DNA from: Chloroflexota bacterium | GTDB taxonomy: Bacteria; Chloroflexota; UBA11872; VXNJ01 | Reading direction: 5' to 3' | NCBI GenBank assembly: GCA_965261345.1 | Contig: OZ253449.1 | Coordinates: 1,763,317 to 1,827,316, forward strand | DNA length: 64,000 bases | Shown: positions 59,075 to 64,000 of the stretch, one piece after another | Position numbering within the stretch: the stretch's first letter is position 1 | Layout: each line of letters opens with the position of its first letter | The notes under the pieces: model-generated | Seen by the model: only the letters and a program-made list of their open reading frames with translations | Databases searched by the model: none | Told to the model about the DNA's origin: nothing | Position numbers and translations under genes: made by a program

Positions 59075-59761
59075 TTAGGAAGCGCTGAAGATGCCTTGGC
59101 CGGGTTGGGTGCCTTCGTAAGTAATCGTGCCGCCTTCGGGCACGTCCACCGCGAAACCCTCTTCCCAGAGTTCGCCCTCGATGGCCACCTTTGCCAGTGG
59201 TTGGCCGGCAGCGCCCCACTGGACATAATGGTGCATATAGGTCCAGTCCAGAACGTCGGGCGCTTCATTGTACAAGCCTAGTTCGCCTGCGGTCGGGTCT
59301 GGCGGAGCCAGGGCGCCGTCCATGAAGACTTCGGTTTCGGTATTGGCGCCCGGACCGTAGCCGACGGTCAGGATTTCACCGGGCTGGAGCTTGAAGTTGC
59401 CCGGGATCTCCCATTCGGAACCGTTTGCGGCCAGGGTCCAATAAAACATTGTGTCCTGGGCGGAATTGCGATTTTCGATCACGATCTTGGAGTCGGGACC
59501 GGCAAAATTGATCGAGGCGATAACCAAACGACCGGGGGCAAGTCCGAGACGCGCCCGCTCATCGGGAATTCCACCGGGTTGGCCCTGTCGGACCTCGGTC
59601 CCACCTTCAATGTTCTGACCTTCGGTCCAACCCTGTAGGCCGGGTTGGTCCGGCGCGCCGGACGGTTCCCCATCGCCGCACGCGGCAAGCAGGGCGCTAG
59701 CGCTGACCAATCCCAGCGCCGAGGCCGAAAAACTGAGGAATCTTCTTCTACTTAACTGCAT
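59075..59761 (-). CDS. Tat-signal lipoprotein, unknown function
   Basis: MQLSRRRFLSFSASALGLVSASALLAAC carries a twin-arginine motif plus lipobox. Mature domain of about 200 aa with no recognised family. The upstream 26 codons of the track ORF are probably not translated. Confidence 0.55.
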   Translation of the reverse strand: MQLSRRRFLSFSASALGLVSASALLAACGDGEPSGAPDQPGLQGWTEGQNIEGGTEVRQGQPGGIPDERARLGLAPGRLVIASINFAGPDSKIVIENRNSAQDTMFYWTLAANGSEWEIPGNFKLQPGEILTVGYGPGANTETEVFMDGALAPPDPTAGELGLYNEAPDVLDWTYMHHYVQWGAAGQPLAKVAIEGELWEEGFAVDVPEGGTITYEGTQPGQGIFSAS

Positions 59762-59901
59762 CGTCCCCTCCTTGGATTTAAAAATCAGATGGAAAATGAA
59801 TGAGGTATCGGCTGTTTGACAATTATCGACCGGCTCCAACCTAGCGCGTTGATAGCTTACCGAGCGCCGGCCCGCGCCGGGAGTGGGGGGCTGCGGTGGG
59901 C

Positions 59902-60867
59902 TTAGCCCTTGACCGCGCCGGCCAATAGACCGCGCATGAACAACCTGCCCAGCAGGAAGTAAAAAAGCAGGGTGGGCAGGCTAACTATTAGCGCTGCAGC
60001 AAACTGTACGTTGTATTCGACAAAAAACGAGTTTGAGGTATTTACGACGCCGACCATTACCGGGGCGTCCTTGGGGTTGCTCAGGATGGTGAGCGAGAGC
60101 AGATAGTCGTTCCAGATTGCGGTAAATTGCCAGATCAAGACGACGGCGAAAGCCGGCGCTGCGATCGGGAACATGACGTGCCGATATACCCCGAAGAACC
60201 CGGCGCCGTCAACCCGGGCGGCCTCGATCAGATCGTTAGGCACCGAGACGAAATAAGCCCTAAATATCAAGGCGGTAATCGGAATCCCGAAGATTGTGTG
60301 GGTAAGAATCAGACCGGGAATGGTGCCGTAGAAGGTGCAGATCTTAAACGGTTCGGTGAAATCGGCGGAGAGAAAAATACAGGGGGCTTTGATCTGGGTC
60401 AGGGTGAGCACCAGCGGGATCAGGATGCCCTGATAGGGGAGAAAGAGACCAAACAGCACCAGCAGGAATACGACGTTGGAATAGCGGAACCGCCACTTGG
60501 CAAACACGTATCCGTTGATTGATCCCAGGAACGACGAGATTATGGCCGCCGGGATCGTCACTTTGGCGCTGGCGATCATGTTGGTTTGAACCGCCAGCCA
60601 TCCGCGCTCGAAAGATTCGAGCGAGAGCCCGGTGGAGGGCGGCTGCCACATCGAGGAAGGGTGCACTTCGCTAAAGGGCTTGAGCGCGTTTACCAGCACC
60701 ACATATGAGGGCAGGAAAATGATGGCTGCAACGACGACAAGAAACAGGTAAATGAGGCTGCGCCGGAAGATCCGGGCGACCCGGTTGGTGCGAATGGTAC
60801 CGGATGCCGCCACCGTGGAACTAACTGCTGTGGTTGCCATGCTCAGACTTCCTTGCGAATGCTCCAC
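59902..60867 (-). CDS. carbohydrate ABC transporter permease (MalG-like)
   Basis: 6-TM binding-protein-dependent permease with an EAA-like loop. 321 aa. Confidence 0.85.
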   Translation of the reverse strand: MEHSQGSLSMATTAVSSTVAASGTIRTNRVARIFRRSLIYLFLVVVAAIIFLPSYVVLVNALKPFSEVHPSSMWQPPSTGLSLESFERGWLAVQTNMIASAKVTIPAAIISSFLGSINGYVFAKWRFRYSNVVFLLVLFGLFLPYQGILIPLVLTLTQIKAPCIFLSADFTEPFKICTFYGTIPGLILTHTIFGIPITALIFRAYFVSVPNDLIEAARVDGAGFFGVYRHVMFPIAAPAFAVVLIWQFTAIWNDYLLSLTILSNPKDAPVMVGVVNTSNSFFVEYNVQFAAALIVSLPTLLFYFLLGRLFMRGLLAGAVKG

Positions 60868-61811
60868 AGGTACGGAACCACCACGATCGCCGACAACATG
60901 ACCATGACCACAGCAATTACCGCAGCCCGGGAGAAGCGGGCATCCTGAAACGCCAGCTGGACCATGTGCAAGGCGAAGGTGTCAGTTGAGAAATTGGCGC
61001 CCGACCCGGATATCGCCGCGACCAGGTCGAACAGCCGTAGGGCCAGTCCGAACAGGATGATGAACGCGGTCAAAGTTACCGGCCTCACCAGCGGGATTAT
61101 TACGTGGCGGTAAATGTCCATCGTATTTGCGCCGTCAATTTGGGCCGCTTCGCGCAGGTCCTGGGAGATGCCGCGGATGCCGGCGAAGTAGAGCGCCATC
61201 GTGTAGCCGACCATCTGCCAGGCTGCGGCAAATGAAATTGCTACGATGCCGAAATTGGAATCCGAAAACCATAACCAATTGAACTTCTCGGCGCCAAAAA
61301 GGGCCAGGATGTTATTGAAGCCCATCAGGTCGATTAGGCGGTTGAACCCATGCGACTGGTTCATCATCCATTGCCAAACCACACCGGTAACCACCGATGA
61401 AATTGCAAATGGCATGATATAGATCGTGCGCAGGAAACCCTCGCCCTTGATGTGTTGATCTAAAAATGCGGCGATCAGGAACCCGCCGATCATGCACTGG
61501 GCAAGGAACAACACGGTAAACAGGGTCATGTTGCGGATGTCTTTGTACCAACGTGGCAGGTCAAAGAGCCATTGCCAGTTGTCGGTGCCTGCATACGGTC
61601 CCGCGATCGAGACCCTCGTTTCCGGCAGATTCCAATCTAGGAAGGCAACCAGACCGGTCCACGCAACAAAGCCGTAGACGAATACTGCCGTAACCACCAG
61701 CGACGGCGACAGAATGATGATCGCCAGTACGCGGTCGCGGTTGACGTACCGCCAAAGTCGCCGCAGCGTGCTAGGCGGTTTTGGCGCCGCCGGAAGTGTG
61801 ATCGTTGCCAT
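60843..61811 (-). CDS. carbohydrate ABC transporter permease (MalF-like)
   Basis: 6-TM permease with an EAA loop (IDGANTMDIYRHVIIPL). 25-nt overlap with the downstream permease. Confidence 0.85.
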   Translation of the reverse strand: MATITLPAAPKPPSTLRRLWRYVNRDRVLAIIILSPSLVVTAVFVYGFVAWTGLVAFLDWNLPETRVSIAGPYAGTDNWQWLFDLPRWYKDIRNMTLFTVLFLAQCMIGGFLIAAFLDQHIKGEGFLRTIYIMPFAISSVVTGVVWQWMMNQSHGFNRLIDLMGFNNILALFGAEKFNWLWFSDSNFGIVAISFAAAWQMVGYTMALYFAGIRGISQDLREAAQIDGANTMDIYRHVIIPLVRPVTLTAFIILFGLALRLFDLVAAISGSGANFSTDTFALHMVQLAFQDARFSRAAVIAVVMVMLSAIVVVPYLWSIRKEV

Positions 61812-61897
61812 CTTTTGTGATCGCGTTTCTTTTGCTCAAACAGCCTTCAGCAGAGGGGGAGCCGCTTGGGAACGGCCCCCCCTCCCTTTAGGAACTG

Positions 61898-63343
61898 CTA
61901 GCAGATAACAGCGTCTTCACATGCTCTCTGCATTGCGGCCTGTGCGTTGGCCACCGCGTTGGCGTCGCCACTGCGAACCTCTGAAGCCAGAGAGTTCCCA
62001 ATATTGACGAATTCGGTGATCCAACTCTGCCGCGCGGCAAATCCGTGCACCACACTAGGTGCAACGAAGGTAGCCGGGTTCTGCCAGTCGAGGATTGCTC
62101 CCTTTTGGTAGGTGTTGAAGTAGGACAGATTGGGGTTCTTGCCCACCGAGATCGACCCTTTGAAGTGGTTGAACTCGTCCTGGCCCGCTTGCCCACCGCA
62201 GACCTTGAGGAACGCTTCCGCGTTCTCCGGGTTGGGTGCGCCTACCGGCAGCGTAAATGAATCGCACAGGGCCATGTAGGTACCCTGCGTTCCCGGCGGT
62301 CGGGCAAAGCCGAATTGGCCATCGTAACCCTTGCCGCGGTAGAAACCTTCTGCCCAGTCGCCGTTAATGGTCATGACAGCGTCGCTGAAGATCTTCTCGA
62401 ACGCCGTTGCCGGGTCCACAGTGAGAATATCGTCATTGACGTAGTTTTGAACCAGATTTTCAGCGATCCTTAGGGCGTTGGTTATCTCTGGACCATCCCA
62501 GTTGCTAGTGCCATTGAACAGGTCAACGTATGCCGGTCCGCCGATCGTGCCCAAAAGGACGTTCTCGAGGACGTGGCCGGTGTAGAACGGGCGGGATTCA
62601 CCCATTGCGAACGGCGCGCGGTCGCCTTCGGCCTTGATGGCGTCAAACGCGTTGAACGCGTCATCCCAGTTCTCGTAAGTCGTGGGATCCGGGATGCCAG
62701 TGTCGCGGAAATACTGCTTGTCGAACCAAGTTACGTTCGAACGGTGAATGTTTACCGGCACTGCCCAAACATGGCCGTCCCATTTACCGTTTTCAACGAA
62801 TCCCTCAGGGTAGCTCTCGAAATAGCCTTCCTGCGTCCACAGATCGTCGAGCGCCTCGACCCGGCCAGCGACCGAGTGCGAATAGGTCAACTCATGACCC
62901 CAGTGAATCTGGAAGGAGTCCGGCGGCTCACCGGCCAGCATGCGGGTTTCCAGGATCGCCTTGGCGTTACCGCCGGGCCCTGATCCGCCCGCGATGGCGG
63001 CATTGATGATGTTGATGCCGGGAACCCCAGCCTGCAGGTTCTTAAACAGCGTGTTGAGGGCTTCCACCTCACCCGCGTTGGTCCACCAGGAGAAGATCTC
63101 GACGTCGCCCGCTACGCGTTCGACCTCAACGATTTTTTCTACCGTTTCAGTTATTGTCTGGGTCTCGGTTACAACCTCGGTTACAACCTCGGTTACAACT
63201 TTTTCAACTTCGACTAACTGAGTAACGATCTTCGTCTCGGTGACCGTCTCACCGCACGCGGCTAGGGCCGCCGCTGCCGCACCACCGGCCAAACCGGTAG
63301 CTAACAACTTGCGGCGACTTAGTCTGGAATCATGCATGGGCAT
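61898..63343 (-). CDS. ABC transporter substrate-binding lipoprotein (solute-binding protein family 1)
   Basis: Signal peptide with lipobox (LAACGE), a low-complexity VTE-repeat linker, then an SBP_bac_1-like fold. Strong SD (AAGGGAGG) before the ATG at 63343. Confidence 0.85.
   Translation of the reverse strand: MPMHDSRLSRRKLLATGLAGGAAAAALAACGETVTETKIVTQLVEVEKVVTEVVTEVVTETQTITETVEKIVEVERVAGDVEIFSWWTNAGEVEALNTLFKNLQAGVPGINIINAAIAGGSGPGGNAKAILETRMLAGEPPDSFQIHWGHELTYSHSVAGRVEALDDLWTQEGYFESYPEGFVENGKWDGHVWAVPVNIHRSNVTWFDKQYFRDTGIPDPTTYENWDDAFNAFDAIKAEGDRAPFAMGESRPFYTGHVLENVLLGTIGGPAYVDLFNGTSNWDGPEITNALRIAENLVQNYVNDDILTVDPATAFEKIFSDAVMTINGDWAEGFYRGKGYDGQFGFARPPGTQGTYMALCDSFTLPVGAPNPENAEAFLKVCGGQAGQDEFNHFKGSISVGKNPNLSYFNTYQKGAILDWQNPATFVAPSVVHGFAARQSWITEFVNIGNSLASEVRSGDANAVANAQAAMQRACEDAVIC
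63164..63199. repeat. perfect 12-nt x3 tandem repeat (ctcggttacaac) inside the SBP linker-coding region
   Basis: Read directly at 63164-63199. It encodes VVTE x3 on the minus strand. Confidence 0.7.
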
Positions 63344-63445
63344 TGCCTCCCTTTGGCTTTTCCATCTCGAATTTCCAACCGGGGCTTTTTTTGATAAACG
63401 AAACCCCGGGGTAGGAACAACAAAGTGTGCTCATGTTACCACGGC

Positions 63446-63469
63446 GGCCGGGCCGGATCCGGCCCGGCC
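63446..63469 (-). terminator. perfect 24-nt palindrome ggccgggccggatccggcccggcc (10-bp GC stem, 4-nt loop) just downstream of the partial Gfo/Idh/MocA gene
   Basis: Read directly. Located 25 nt past the stop at 63494 on the minus strand. No U-tract follows, so intrinsic-terminator function is uncertain. Confidence 0.3.
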
Positions 63470-63493
63470 TTGCAATCTGCCCTTGGCCGTTAC

Positions 63494-64000
63494 TTATAGC
63501 GGCAGATCGACCGACCGACCGGTCTGGGCCGAAATTCGTGCGGCTTCAATCAATTCCATGGTGGCAAGCGCCTCACCTGTTGAAACCACCGGTTGACCCT
63601 GTCCGCGAATAAAGCGCGCCAACGATTCATAGATCTCGATCCACCGGCCTTGCCCGATTGCCAACTCCTCCGGCTCGGCCCCGGCGCGGTGAACGTATAC
63701 CGGCTCGCCGAAACCCTTGCAAATCAAAGTGCCCTCGTTGCCGATTACGTGCCATTCCGATTGTCCGGCGTGCGCAAAAACGCAGACCTCGGCCTTGCCG
63801 ATGATTCCGTTTTGGAATTCGACCATCAGGCTGAAGAAGTCATCAGATTCCTTGGACCATTTGACCGCGCGGAGATGGCAATAGATCGACTTTGGAGGCG
63901 ATTTGGCAAAGCGCATCAGTTGGTTTAACAGGTGCGGACCCCAATCGATGAGGTGGCCCGCCCACGCCTCCAGTCGCCATTCGGGTTGGTATTCCTGGGC
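63494..64000 (-). CDS. Gfo/Idh/MocA-family oxidoreductase (3' fragment; gene continues beyond window end)
   Basis: C-terminal Gfo/Idh/MocA dimerisation domain. The ORF is open to the window edge. Confidence 0.7.
   Translation of the reverse strand, partial: AQEYQPEWRLEAWAGHLIDWGPHLLNQLMRFAKSPPKSIYCHLRAVKWSKESDDFFSLMVEFQNGIIGKAEVCVFAHAGQSEWHVIGNEGTLICKGFGEPVYVHRAGAEPEELAIGQGRWIEIYESLARFIRGQGQPVVSTGEALATMELIEAARISAQTGRSVDLPL

Overview
This is a high-GC (about 65-70%) bacterial chromosomal segment that is densely coding on both strands. Housekeeping genes are interspersed with accessory modules. Recognisable core genes are rplS, rnhB, mrp/apbC, birA, nnr, acpS, acyP, ruvB, ruvA, ruvC, yebC, nadB, nadC, ogt, infC, one tRNA-Gly(CCC), aspS, uvrC, glyQS (alpha2 type), recO, prs and a mannose-1-phosphate guanylyltransferase. 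Accessory content includes a tandem pair of amidase-signature enzymes with a YhaM-like OB/HD protein, and a MoxR ATPase with a DUF58 protein and a DUF4129-like membrane protein. A second, orphan MoxR paralog sits directly downstream of infC where rpmI-rplT are normally found. There is also a split UxaA-type dehydratase, an ECF sigma/anti-sigma pair followed by a heterodimeric ABC exporter, and a SAMHD1-like HD-domain protein. The 3' 18 kb carries at least five Gfo/Idh/MocA oxidoreductases, two xylose-isomerase-like TIM-barrel proteins, a sugar ABC importer and a Tat lipoprotein, with housekeeping genes interleaved; it looks like an uncharacterised sugar or cyclitol catabolic locus. No CRISPR array, rRNA, transposase or integrase was seen. 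Several genes retain their conserved N-termini only with TTG, GTG or even CTG starts. Because of the GC content, long antisense and alternative-frame ORFs are everywhere and were treated as noise unless they carried recognisable motifs or membrane-protein character.
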